64,000 nt of DNA from Vitrella brassicaformis CCMP3155 (taxonomy: Eukaryota; Protista; Chromerida). Positions 1 to 12,788 of the stretch are shown here, piece by piece. The stretch spans positions 1 to 64,000 of the forward strand of contig CDMY01000428.1 of NCBI GenBank assembly GCA_001179505.1. Direction: 5' to 3'. A model generated the notes under the pieces. That model worked only from the letters and a program-made list of their open reading frames with translations. It was not told the DNA's origin and did no database searches. Both the position numbers and the translations under genes were made by a program. Positions within the stretch are counted from its first letter, which is position 1, and each line of letters begins with the position of its first letter.

Positions 1-806
1 AGGTGGAGGGGGTTGGGTGTAGTCCGATACACGCTCGTTCATCCGAAAAGGAGGAGAAACAGCCGAGAAATCACCAACTCAATCATGGGGGGTAAGTATG
101 ACATGAGGAGAGGGGGTGTACACACAAATTTAATGCAGCACATGGTGGATGCGGTCCATCGGCATTTCTGATGTAGCTGACGGTGTCGGCGGCCGCTGAG
201 GTGCCGTCAGCTCCAGGCTCCCCTGCGTCCATCTTCGCATCCGGCGAAGCACACGCACAGAAAAGGGCATGATTGTCACGTCACGCTTTCATTTCCTTCC
301 CACTTCTTTGCCTGTGTTTGGCTCACCTTGTCGTTGTCGTTTTCTGGTTGCATGTGCCCGAGCTCTGGATCAAAACACGTCGGCGATCGTTTAACGCACT
401 GCCCTATCATACTGCGACACACGTCTCAAGCGAAATTGTCGTGTCTGCACGAAGAATCCAGGAGTGGGACAGGGCGGCTGCGGTGGAATAGGAATTCCTA
501 CCATCAATTTGAGCTCGCACCCCTGCCGCCTGCTGTCAGCCTCATCCTCAGCAACGATGTTTGTTCGCGGCTCAGGCTTGTCGGTCACTAGAGGACGGCT
601 CCCGTTTTCCGCAGCTTTGGTCCCACGGCAGGGTAAGAGCCACTGCGATGGATCCGACGAGATGAGATGAATCCATCTGATCTTCTGGTCCTGCTCTCAG
701 GCCCTGCTGCTTGTGCTTGAGGCACGTGAGTCGGTTCATCTCTCGCCTAAGGAGGGAACGCCGATTGTCAAGAGTCGGCCGCAAGATCTCGCCTCGCAAG
801 GAGCAG

Positions 807-1987
807 ATGTCGTTGAAGGGACGCTCGGCCATCGTCACTGGAGCCTCAGAAGGCATCGGCTATGCTTGTGCCGAGAGTTTCGTCGGCGAGGGAGTCACGT
901 GGCTGCTTCTGATTGCACGCGATGAGTGAGTACGCCAGGCACCGGAACGAAGCAGGCAGCGCATGGCATGTCGACAAACTGTGTTCTGCCTTGTCGATCT
1001 TTTTGCAGGGGGAAGCTTGAGAGGGCGCGTGACGCGCTGAGGAGCCTGCCGGGTGGTGCTGAATGTGAGATGAAGATGCTCTCATGTGACCTTGCAGATC
1101 CATCCGGACCAGGTGTGGTGTGCTGCAAACGGACTCCTGCACACATGGACCTGCGCTGGTTGGTCAGACCGAATCATCGAGGCGCTGGAAAGCGATGGTG
1201 TGGACTCTGTTGACATCCTGGTCAACAACGCGGGCACGGCCGTCTTCCAGCCCATCGACGCCGTCACGGCGGACAGCTACAACACCCAGATGCAGCTCAA
1301 CGTGACGTCGCCCTACTTCCTCACTCAGAAGCTGTTGCCACGGCTGCAGCGGTCCGCCCATGCCTCTGTGGTCAACATCTCCTCGTATCACGCCAGAAAG
1401 GGGGCTGGGGTGTGTGCGACGGTGTACCAGATGTGCAAGCCGCAGTGGAGCGAATGACGACATCATGGGCACTTGAACTCGGGAAGAGAGGCATCCGCAT
1501 CAAGTGAGCGACGGAGAGGACAGCAGGAGAGCTCCTGATTGCCTCCAATCACTCGTTGTGTGTGATTGTTGGTTGTCTGGGTATTGGTGTGGGTGGCCTC
1601 CCTCGTTGCTTTCATTCAGCTGTGTTGCGCCGGGTACGGTGGATACGCCGCTTGTGCAGCGGAACCTGGGGGCCTTGCCGGCCGAGAGACGAGAGGCCTT
1701 TGAGCAAAACATCAAGAACGTCTACCCGCTCGCACGAATGGGGGTGGGTCACTGAGGAGAGACGGAGAGAGCAGATGAGATAGATGAGACGCCACACAGA
1801 CAGGTGCATGGAATGCGGTCATTTGCGGGGCGCTTGTGTGTGATGTGACGTGGCTATGTTATGTGTGGGTGTCAACCAACAGGTGCCGTCAGAAGTGGCG
1901 AGTGTGGTTACGTTTCTGTGCGGCCCGGGCGCCTCGTGGACGACTGGCGCTATCATCGCCTGTGATGGGGGATACACGGCCGTGTGA
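807..1987 (+). CDS. Classical short-chain dehydrogenase/reductase (FabG-like SDR), multi-exon, with an apparent 1-nt frameshift near 1439
   Basis: [18 protein letters not shown] (TGxxxGIG), [19 protein letters not shown] (YxxxK), then in a shifted frame [22 protein letters not shown] / CVAPGTVDT / [17 protein letters not shown] introns link the other segments in frame. Confidence 0.9.
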
Positions 1988-3353
1988 GGCGAGTGGATAG
2001 ATAGGTGGTGTGCGCGGCATGAAGGCAATTGCGGTCTTTTTGCCACAGAAGGGCATGGTTCAGTTTAGTGGGGCCTGGTCTAGGTCGTTGGCAGGGAGGA
2101 TCGGTCTGTTACAGGTCGATTGCCTCTTGTGACAGACAGACAAGAGATCTCTCTTCTCCTCCTTGACCTTCTTCTTAGCTCGACGACCTTTTCATATTTT
2201 GGACTAAGGTAGATAGACACGTTGAACCAACCGCATCAAGCAAGCAACGCTCAATGTCGCACACTGCACAGACAGGAACTTACGTGAGGTGGTATAGATC
2301 CAGCCGGCCACCTCACAGCCCCTCAGCGAAGCTGCTGTGTGGCCCATATGGCCCGCGGCTGACGACACAAGTATGCATGTATTTGTTAAACATGGTGAGG
2401 GGCTGCGCTGAGCTTTTCAGAGAGAGCTCTTGGCATGTGCTGTGCTGCTCAGCCCCGTCTCTCTGCGGCGAAGGTCAAGAAAGCACCAAGTTAAGGATAT
2501 AGTGAGTGGGTGGGTTGATAGTGTCTCACACGCACACACACGCATCAAAACGTCCGTCCACGTCATGGCCAGGCACTCACTGCAAGGGATGGCATGGCAC
2601 GGCGAGGCGCGCAGCCGCTCGAAGCCCGCACGCAATACGCCGCACCTGCACTGCACGGACACACATGGACACAGTGAGTGGCTCATGGATCCCACCCACA
2701 GTCACGCACACAGAGTTTAGAAAGGGCCAGAGACAGCCGGACAGACAGACCAGAGAGGACCGGAGGACCGGTGTGGTGTGGTGTGGTGTGTGTGGCCGCC
2801 TCCTTTCCCCCGTTGGTTATCAAGGAGGAGCCACACACACACACACTCACACTCTCACTCACACACACGCAGCGATAGGATAGATGGACCACATTTATGC
2901 ATTCCCACAGACAGACAGACCCACACAAACAACACGGGCACGCAATGCATTCGTACCTAAGTGAGTCAGTAGGTAGGTGTCTTGAGATAAACTCATCTAT
3001 GTCGGTGTTGGCTGGCTGGTTGATGGCTACCTTACCTTAGCTTAGCTGTCATGTCCCCCACGGCAGGCAGGCAGGCAGCTGACTGGTGGCTGCTGGCTGC
3101 ATCCTGTGGATGGGATTGTTTCTAAACATCAATCACACGAACGGAGAGCCCCCCCCCTCCCGTCGAGTGTCGTCCTCGAGGGCAAAACCCCACACACACA
3201 CCAATACACACACACACATGCGCCCCGCCCAGGTCCCCCAGCCATGCCATGCAGCACCAAGACTCGAACACTCAGGCACGGAGCACATGTCTGTCTGTCT
3301 GTCTATCCACTGCTGGTTCACCTGACTGACCCGTTCACCACTCCCTCACTGGC

Positions 3354-6300
3354 TCACGCCTGAGCGCCCCCGCCCTCCATGTTGGCGTCATTGTCTTGGG
3401 CTGGGGCGGCAGCCTCACCCGTCGCAGCGCTGTCGTCTGCCGCCCCTTCACCCGTGCCGCCCATCTCAGCGTCATTCTCTGAATGACAAAACAACAAGGA
3501 AGGCGTCGCAGCCTGCCATGGTTGGCAAATGTCTTTGGTCTGTCTGGCTCACTCACCTGGGTTGTCTGGCTTTGGTGGCGGTGGGGGTGCTGGCTTGGGC
3601 TCGCTCAGGATCTTGGTGGCCATCTCGTTGAGCGCCTGACATGACAGACACACACGGGAACACAGCACCAGTACAGTACTTTCCGCTGGTTTGTGATGGT
3701 GTGTGTGTGTGTGTAGGGTCTGTGTGCTCACCTGCTGTTTAGCAGTGATGTCCGCGACCTTGAGCAATGGCTCCTGGAACAGCGGACACGCCTCCTGCTT
3801 GGCCAACTGAACACACACACACACACACAGAGGTGTGCGAATCTCGCCACAACGGCCCCCCACCACCCTCTCTCTCAGTGTGTGTCTGCATGGCTGCCTT
3901 CCCTCCATACCATATCGTTGAGCCACTTTTCGATAGCGTCGCATTCGTTGACGATTGACTGCTTCTTGGCGGGGTCGATGTGGGCGTAGCGGTCGTCGGG
4001 CGACATGGCGGCGGTGCGGAAGTCCTGCAGGTTGGCGTAGCAGATCTGCACCTGCTCGGTGCGCCCCGAATGCTCCTCAAACCGCTTCTCAATCGGGGAG
4101 AACAGTCCCTGATCATCAACCAACGAATGGAGGGCAGCACACACACACAGGCTGGGCTGGGCTGGGGTGGGCTGGTGTAGTGTTAGTGTGGTGGGTGGGA
4201 CATAACATACGGTCATTTCGTCGAGTTTGCCGACGATGACGGACTTTGCGGCGTCCCAGTTGTCGTACAGCCAGTCCTCCGTCTTGGTCAGGTACTCCTG
4301 CAGTGACGCCTGAATCGAACCACACACAACACCGCAGCCACACCATCCACAAAAACAAACAGGTGGGTGCACGGAGCTCCGCGCGGGTGACCGTCACACA
4401 TGCGCCTGGCCTGCACTGCATGTGTCTCCTCTCCCTCCCTCCCTCCCTCCCTCTCTTCGTCCCTACCGCTTTAGCGGGTTCGACGAATTCCTTGAGAGAG
4501 TCGGTGATCTTTTCGCGCATTCTGTAGACGTAGGACTCGAGCTCGTTCATCTTTTCCCGGGTCTCGGCCACAATGCGGTCGTCGTTGCGCATGTTGAGCT
4601 CCTCCTCGTGGTAATCCTGAAACACAACCGCCCTCCACACAACACACGTCGTGGGTGGATGGTGCGGTGTGGTGTGTTGTGATGTGGATGTGCCGGCTTA
4701 CTTACCTTGACCTTCCTGGCAGGGACGATGCCTTTCCTGTCGGCGGTGATGACCTGCAGGTCGGTGCGGCGGGTGCGCTTCTTCTTCTGCTTGACCTCCA
4801 CCCACTCCCTGCGCAGTACACAGTGAGTGAACGGCACACGTGTGTGGTGGCTGAGGTGTGGTCTGGCGTGTGCCTTTTCGCACTCACTCTGCTGGTTCCT
4901 TCTTACTGTCCTCTGTGTCCATGGCTGCGGGTCCGCCCTCCGACGACCCCTGAGCCGCCGTGCCATTGGGCACATCCTGACAACACACGCGAGCGAAGGA
5001 GCAATGAGCACATCCATTTCTCTGTCTGACGTGTGTGCAGTGCATATGTCCTCACTCACCCCGTCCTGCTTCATTGCTGCGTCACCAGTATCGGCGTCCT
5101 TCATTGCTGGTCGGTCGACACAGACACATACACACACATACACACACACAGCCCGCACAGACAGACAGACAGACAGACAGACAGAGAGGAGATGCATCCA
5201 CGACACACACCCAGACGAAGCTCTCGCTCGGCTGACTGACCTTCGTGAGTGGTGGATGTGGCGGTCGCCCCGTCTCCCCCCTCGGCCGCCTGGCGTGGCA
5301 CCTCCTGGGGCGGTGGTGGCGGTGTGGGCTGCGGCTTCTTCTGCTTGACGGTCTCCTCGTACTCCTCCTCGACGTACTGCTGTGCCGACTCGACGGTGAA
5401 GATGCCGTCGTTGTCGAGCTTGGCGCGGATCTTGACCTTCTGCTTCTCGCCGCCGCTCTCGGGCAGCTTGATGTGATACTTCCCTGCACGTGGGTGGGCA
5501 CACACAGACGCACAGACACAGATGGACACACAGGGCGGGGGACGGTTGTGTGTGTGTGTAGTTACCGAGGTCGACAGGGACGCCGGGCGGGAGGGATTTC
5601 TCCTCGGAGTAGAAGACCTCAATCTCGAAGGGGCTGGAGCGCATGAAGGTGAGGCTCTTGGTGCTGCCCATTGTCGACTTGCAGGGGAACAACTCTGACG
5701 ACTTGGTGCTGACACACACAACACACCCACCCCACACACGCAGATAGACCCTGTAACGTGGTCTGTGTATCGGTCACACGCACCCGGTGCCGGTGACCCC
5801 GTTCTGCTGCTGGGTCTGCTGTCCTGCTGCCTCGTCGTCCATGGGCGCCTCGGTCTCCTTGCCCGACTGCTGCCACCGGATGCTGATCGGGTGGAACGTG
5901 ACGTCATGCACACTGAAGGGACGAACCTTGTACGCAGGAGATATCATCGCACCCTGACACACACAGACAGAGAGATCGGCGTGGTGCCCCCGGGGGAGAT
6001 GCCTGTCTGTCTGTCTGTCTGACCATGAGTGCGCATCCTCTGGCGACGGTTTCGTCTGCGTTGAGTGTCTTGCTGAGCTCCTCCTTCTGGAAGAACCGCT
6101 TGATGCACTCCTGCACCCACGGCACTCGAGTGCCGCCGCCGGCGATCTCCACATACGCTATCTGAGACAGCGACAGATCTGAATCAACACACAAAGGAAG
6201 AAAGGCACACGCAGACAGACACAAAGAGTGCAGAGGCGCGTCGGTCGGTATGCGTGTGTGTGAGACAGGCCGTTTGCTCCGCTCACTGCTGGCGGCGAGT

Positions 6301-8061
6301 GCCCTTTCCATGACTTGCTGCAGCCGGGGGATGAGAGGCTCACACAACTTCTCCAAGTCACCCCTGCACACACACACACACACACTTACACACATGAGTG
6401 TGGTTGTCTGTGTGCTCGCGTCGTTGGTCTGTCTGTGTGGTGGGCATCTGTGACCTCTTGAGCAGTCCGTGAATGTCTTCCTCCTCCATGACGCACTCGA
6501 CGTTGAAGGGCGCCTCCTGGTTGGCCGACAGGATCTTCTTGGTCTTTGTCGCGGCATCCTCCATCCTTCACACACACACACACACACACACACACATCCA
6601 CCACGCCATAGATGTGACACCTCGTCGACCGTTTCCACGCGTGTGTGTGGCATTGGCATGTGGCTGGCTCACTTGAGGCGTGCCTTCTTGCTGCCCATTA
6701 TGTCCATGCCCGTCTTCTTCTGCACACACCATTCGCAGACACACAAGGGATGGGTGGAGGGAGGGATGGGTGCGTGTCCGTCTGTCCACACGTGACGACT
6801 GCTAGCACACCTTGAACTCGGCCGCGAAGTGCTCGACGATGATGTGGTCGAGGTCCCTGCCGCCCAGCTGCCGGTCGGAGGCCTCAGACAGGATCTTCAC
6901 CTGACCCTTGACGTACTCAGCTACTGTCACATAGGTGATGCCGTGACCTATCATGCAGACACACACACACCCCACAAGCAGGCAATACAATTGTCTGTAT
7001 GTCTGTCTGTCTGTCTGTATGTCTGTGTGGTGTGTGGCGAGGCGATCGGGTCGCTTCGCTTACCCATGCAGACGAAGGCGACGTTGGACGGTTCGCTCTC
7101 GGAGAAGGTGTTAGACCGATAAATGCCGTAGTCGAGGGCAGCTGACCAATCAGTCAACACGCACACACAGACGCGTGCCCTCCTCCTGTCGGCATGTCTG
7201 TCAGTGTAGCTCAGCTCACTGGCAGTGTGTTCGTTGAAGACTCTGAGCACGTGGAGTCCGGCGATCTCGGCGGCATCCATGACGGCGCGGCGCTGCATGT
7301 CGGTGTACCACCCCGGGATGCCAATCACCACGTCGCGTACCGCCGTCCCAGCGTCCCTCTCGGCGATCTCGCGCAGCCTGTTGAGCAATGCCGCCAACAC
7401 ACGGCTGGCAGTGAACACACGCTCCTCCCCCTTGTAGTTCACCTGTCATGACACGGACAACGCAAGGGACGTTTGTGTGCAGTGCAGAGTGGCCAGCCGG
7501 CGCGGTCAGCGAGCGTGGCGTGCTTACTTTGAAGCCGACGAGTCCGTCGTCGGTGGGTACGATCTCTGCCAGCTCGAACTGCTTCTCGCGGGCGATGTCG
7601 GGGTCGTCATTGCAGCGGCCCAGCACCAGCTTGATGTTGCGACACGTGTTCTTAAAATTGGACTTGATCTGACACACAACCACATCACACACAGAGACAC
7701 ACAGCACGTCAATTCAACGCTGCTGCGTCTTCCTGTGTCTGCCTCAGGTAGCTCGGTTTACCTGCGCGACGGCCACATCGCCGACGAGCCGCTCCTGGTC
7801 CGTGTACCCCACCACAGACCTGACAGCACAGCACACACAGGGCACACCACCGGAGCCGAGAGTGCGTAGAGTACTGATGTGGTACGAGACACGCAGATCT
7901 GTGGCTGCACGGCACGCTGCCCTGCGCAACTGTCCGTCTGTGTGTCAAACTTACGGCGTGAGTCGCTCGCTGATCTCATTCCTGACGATGTGCACGGCGC
8001 CCGACTTGAGGGCGGCGATGCAGCACGCCGATGTGCCGATATCTATGCCGACGACACTCAT
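3354..8061 (-). CDS. HSP110: Hsp110/SSE-type Hsp70-family chaperone / nucleotide exchange factor, many exons
   Basis: MSVVGIDIG...[23 protein letters not shown]; [25 protein letters not shown]; GGRDLD; [13 protein letters not shown]; [13 protein letters not shown]; [12 protein letters not shown] with acidic/proline insert; [13 protein letters not shown]; EDWLYD. Acidic C-terminus without EEVD. Confidence 0.95.
6569..6596. repeat. (CA)n microsatellite, one example of dozens of intronic (CA)/(TG), (GACA)/(TGTC), (GGAT) and (GGCA) repeats
   Basis: Perfect CA run next to an Hsp110 splice acceptor (reads TG on the sense strand). Confidence 0.95.
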
Positions 8062-8413
8062 GGTGTGATCCTCGCGCCCTCAGCCACAGATCCTGATGCC
8101 TTTGCTTCACTCTGGCTCTGGCGCGGCAGGATGGCACTGGATCGCCTGCCACTGCGAGCTAATCAGGGAGGAGGCAGAGGAAGGCTCCGTCCCACTCTGC
8201 AGAGACGCCTTTTCCCTCTGCACGCACCTAGATCTTTGGATGGGTCAGGCTCGCGGCATGCAGTGCATTGCAGAGTGACACACACCACACCCTGTCCACT
8301 CACTGTTCGTCACTCTCAAGCGGAGCGATGCACAGTTACATAAAGAAACACAACAGGCTGCCCTGCCCGTTCCCCTCTCTCTTCCCCCCGACGACTGATG
8401 GCCGATCAATCAC

Positions 8414-9624
8414 TCAGTTCTTGCCAATGTTGATGGCGGCATCGCCCCCCTTGGCCTTGGACGCGTCCAGAGGGTTCATCAGACTCTCGAACCATTGCAC
8501 AAACTCGTTCTTCTCCCCGCCCTGGGGCTTCTTCGCCACCTGCCTCATCCACACACACACAACCAAAGGGATGATTTAGTTGAGTGGGGCTAGGGAGAGG
8601 CGTTGCGCTCCTGTGTGAGTGGGTGAGACCTGACCTTGACAGGTTCGTCAGGGTATGCCCTCAGGTTGTAGCCGTACTCGAACTCGGCCTCCCCGCCCTC
8701 GGGCGACTCTTTGAGCTTCGGATACAGCTTGAACAGACCCTGATACATGTATCAGTACATCAGGCGAGGGACGCACAAGAAGACACACGAGCATATGGGC
8801 ACAAAGAAAGACGGGCTTATCGGGCGAGGCGAGCGCCGTGACTGACTGACCTTCTTCATCTGTTCTTCCTCCTTGTATATGACGTCATCGATCTTCATCT
8901 TTCTGGGGACGGCCATAGACCCCACCGGCACCCACGCCTCGTCAGGCAGACCTTTCGGACGAGCCCACACCTGACGGATGGACACACAGACGTCAAGCGA
9001 ATGAATGGTGCAGAGGACACCACACCCAGGGGCATGCCTGCCTGCCTGCCTGCCTGCCTGGAATCCATCCATCCATCATGTGCGGCCGGCCGGCCATTCA
9101 TGCTGCGTCACGTACGGCGTATTCAGGGATGCCCTTGGCGGCCAGCTCGTCATACGCCTTGGCATACTTCTGAGCCTGCACACAGCACAGCCAAACACCA
9201 CCACACAGACAGACAGACAGAGAGTGAATCAATGCCCATCGTTTTCTGACTGGTTGCTCGATCATACTTCAGGGTCGAGATCGTTGTCCTTCTTGCCCTT
9301 CTTGACGGGCTTGGGCGGCTTGTCACCAAAGCCTTTGAAGTCCTTTGCCGCATCCAACACACCCAGCCGCCTCCCGTCAGCAGCCAATCTTCGTCTCGGC
9401 GCTGACGGCGGGTCGAAAGATGCTGGCGATGAAGCATGCCGTGAGTGTGGCGCCGGCCACCTGAGGAGAGGAGGCTGAAAGCAGTGTGCCGCTGGCGGCA
9501 AGAGGAGAAGATGAGCCAAGATGGCGAAGATCGTGGCTGTTAGCCGTCGCCATTGACTGCATTTGCAGACGGCTGTTATCTGCCGACGAGCTGCCTCGGG
9601 AGGTGCCTCAGCCACAGGCGCCAT
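8414..9624 (-). CDS. HHL1-like plastid protein with bipartite targeting leader
   Basis: Spliced core: KGFG...AQKYAKAYDELAAKGIPEYAVWARPKG...WVPVGSMAVPRKMKIDDVIYKEEEQMKKGLFKLYPKLK...FEYGYNLRAYPDEPVKVA, which matches the HHL1-like family pattern as I recall it. Leader TIFAILAHLLLLPPAAHC|FQPP followed by a Ser/Pro/Arg-rich transit peptide. Start codon uncertain (9624 or 9690). Confidence 0.75.
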
Positions 9625-9853
9625 CTGGCTCACTTCGTGAGGGGTTTGCGTTGAGCTTAGGAAACAGGGTTTTTGTGAAACGTCATTCATTCATCTCGAG
9701 ATCAGACGATCTGGTCGCTTTCCGTTACCTTAACGCCAAAAACGTCATTCAACGCACTCTCTTCTCACAGCGATAGGTAAACGACCCGGACCCGTCTTCT
9801 TACGCTTCTCCGGCAGTGTTCGTCCCCTTCTGGTCCACTTGAGCAGACTCGCC

Positions 9854-11359
9854 ATGAGTACCAAGGACTCGGAGCTGCCCTCTCGCTTCGACGACGCGCT
9901 GGCGCCTCTCCCATGGATAACACTCGGTAGGTAATCGACGACACGGATGCAGGCACTGCGAGAGCCAGCGATGTAGGTATCTCGATGCTGCTGCTTGTGT
10001 GCGCATGTGATACTCGAATGGGTCAATCATCACCTCACCTCCCCGACAGACGGCAAGGTGAGGTGGGCCAGATCCATCTCTCGGCAGACGGCAAGGCGAC
10101 GCTGCATGGGGTTGTGTACTGGTTGGTGTGTTCTCTGCAGGTGCCTTTGTACCTGAAGTTCTACGTAGATGCCGACTCGTGCACATACGCCCTGCTGGTA
10201 GGTAGGTAGGCCTGGTGGGCCTGCCAGGCCGACTGACTGACTCATGGGCCCATGGGCTTATTCTTCATTGGTCGGTCTGTCCATGCATCGCATCTGCAGG
10301 TGACGCAGGGCACGTATCTGTTCGGCTGCAAGGCCGACAAGGCCACCATACAAAGCAAAACGGTAGGAGGTGCACTGCACGACAAGAGGTGTGAGGGGCG
10401 GGGCGCACCCCACATGTGTGTTTGGATGGTGTTGGTTGTGTGTTTGTGTGACTGTGCAGGGCATGAGTGGCTACCCCGGTTTGGGGGCTGACGTGATGCT
10501 GCAGCAGCTGTCCCTGCTGATGGCCGACAAGCAGCCGCGCACCCAGTGCAGCTGCAAGTCCTTCCCCCCCATGGTCCACACACACACGTCCCCATCGCTG
10601 CTGGATCTCGAGTTCAAGTGCTTCCCCGGAGGCGGCGACACTTCGCTCGTCTGGACCTTCACCCTCACCCCACTCGATGCCAAGCGCTCCATGAAGATCC
10701 TGACGGCCACACTCATCAAGCCCTTCTGGTCGGCCTACCTCTACCCACACCTACCACCCAGCACCAGCGCCCACCCTGCTGGCGAGGATGCCCCCTTCTC
10801 CACCGACCCAGCCAAGGTGGCCCGTTCCAAGTTCACTGCCCATGTGAATGAGGTCCGCGCCGCCTCCCACACACACACACGAGGAGACGACGCCGACGTC
10901 TTCAGGGAGCACGTGGTGGACGCCGCCCAGCGACCCCTCAAGCCAGGCATTCTCAGCGAGACCTATCGCATCGAGTCGCCCTTCCCCAAGGCGTGTGTGC
11001 CCACGGCCGCCGCGAGCAACCGCTACACGGCCTTCGTGCAGCAGGTGTGGCAGCCGGCGGATGCCATGGTGGACAGCGACGTTGGTGAGCACCAGGCGTC
11101 GGTGGGCATCAAGATCGAGGAGGGTGAGGAGGGGGTGGGTGTGGGTGGTGAAGGTGTGGCAGCGGCAGCGGCAGCGGCGAGCAGCTCGACGGAGCCTGTG
11201 CATCAGGCGCCCGAGGATCCCGAGGTGCCGCGTGAGCCGGATGAGCCGGACGAGGAGTACACCCGCCGCGTGCAGCAGCACAGGAAGCGCAAGCTCGACC
11301 AAGCCGCGGCCGTAGCAGAGAACAAGAAACCGAAGAAGAAGAACATTCCTTTGCACTAA
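9854..11359 (+). CDS. Nuclear protein, candidate XLF/XRCC4-superfamily head domain plus acidic linker and basic C-terminal tail
   Basis: Spliced: LAPLPWITLDGKVPLYLKFYVDADSCTYALLVTQGTYLFGCKADKATIQSKT...VWTFTLTPLDAKRSMKILTATLIKPF; ends HRKRKLDQAAAVAENKKPKKKNIPLH* (NLS-like). The gene is clear; the family call is from motif recall. Confidence 0.6.
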
Positions 11360-11676
11360 GCTTTGCATGTTGTGACGGCTTGTATGCAGCCGAGCCGACG
11401 CATGTGTTTGCTTGTACAGCGCTGTGTGTGTGCGTGTGGATCCAGTGTACTCCACCGCACCCATCCCATGACAGACTCCTTCATGAAATGTCCATCGCTG
11501 CGTGCGTCGAATGACTCACTTGTGCGCTGCTACCAACCAGTTTGTCCCATCGTCTTGCATTCAAGACACAAAAATCGACATACACACACACATTGCCCTC
11601 CTACCGAAATGCCCCTCTTATATTCAGCACACTCACTACCCGATTGATCACCCAACCCACTCGACGGCAAATCACA

Positions 11677-12757
11677 TCACCCTCCCGCCACAATTTCCCT
11701 CATCAGCTGCTTCGCCCTCTCATAATAGCCTTGTGGGTCCCTGGCCGTCCCGCTAGAGCCAAATCCCTTGCCATATAGATTGAGGTGGTTCAAGAGGTGG
11801 TACAGGCGGTAGAGCTGCTGCCGCTGGTGGAAGCCCGGCTGCTGGGGCAGGTGGTGGTGGTAAGCGTGATAAAATGCCGGTCCGAAGCCTCCAAACAGAG
11901 TGGAGATGGCAAGATCAAACTCGGCTGCGCCCGACCAGCAAGCCGGGTCGTAGACCACGGGGTTCCTGTCGCTGTCAGCCCCACAATTGCCCAGCCACAG
12001 ATCTCCATGCAGCAGAGAGGGTGTGGTCTGATCCACTTCGCTGAGGATCGCATCAGCTCTCTCGAACAAGCGTGGCCCGAACCGCTCGATGCCGTCGTCG
12101 GCGGCCGGACACGCGAACCTTCTGCTGGCCTCATTGTAGAGGGGCAGCAGCCTGTTCATGATACAGAAATCCCTGAAGCTGGTCCGCCACGTGTTGTCCT
12201 GCAAAGCAAAGAAGACAGCGCAGCCACAGACACAGACACACAGTCACACTCAGTCGCGTGTGATATCTCTTGAACCGCATCCATCACCTGGATGGTGCCG
12301 CCCAGGAAGTTATGTGACGTCCAGCCGTATTTGCCCACCCCCCTGTCGTTGCCACACGGCATCATGTGCAGCTGGGCGAGCTGCTCGCCAAGCTTGGCGA
12401 GTGTGGAAGGGATCGACGCGCCGAAGGGGACGAACTGGATGTGCTCCATGAGAAGGAACGCACCGCCGAGGGGCAGATGGCCGACGGCAAAAGACTCGGG
12501 CACACGAAGGGTGCGGGTGTCTGCGTCAAGTGACAGAGAGGGAGGGGGAGGGCGGATGGCTCACATGACAAACCATGATGGGGCATCTGCTGCTTGTTGT
12601 GTGTGTGTGTGTTTCATCGTTTCATCACTCACTTCGCAGAGCGTTGAGTGATTCCATCTCGCACCGGAAGTTGGCGGTGGTGTTGCGCTCGTTCTGCTTA
12701 CAAAGGAAGGTGCCCCCAGTGGCGGTGTACAGGAAATGACGGTTGAATAAACCTGCG

Positions 12758-12788
<31 letters not shown>

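Noticed and set aside
61-74. 14-mer agccgagaaatcac repeated at 62460-62473
   Set aside because: Several chance 14-mer matches are expected in 64 kb; no flanking similarity or TSD.
557-631. Possible upstream targeting exon for the SDR (MFVRGSGLSVTRGRLPFSAALVPRQG|gtaag)
   Set aside because: Splicing to the nearest acceptor (700) gives an in-frame stop, so it cannot be joined to the SDR frame without further evidence.
2254-3363. Cluster of 60-125 aa ORFs rich in HT/CV dipeptides
   Set aside because: They are translations of (CA)/(TG) microsatellites in the intergenic or UTR region between convergent genes, with no protein-like content. The same applies to most short ORFs in the track.
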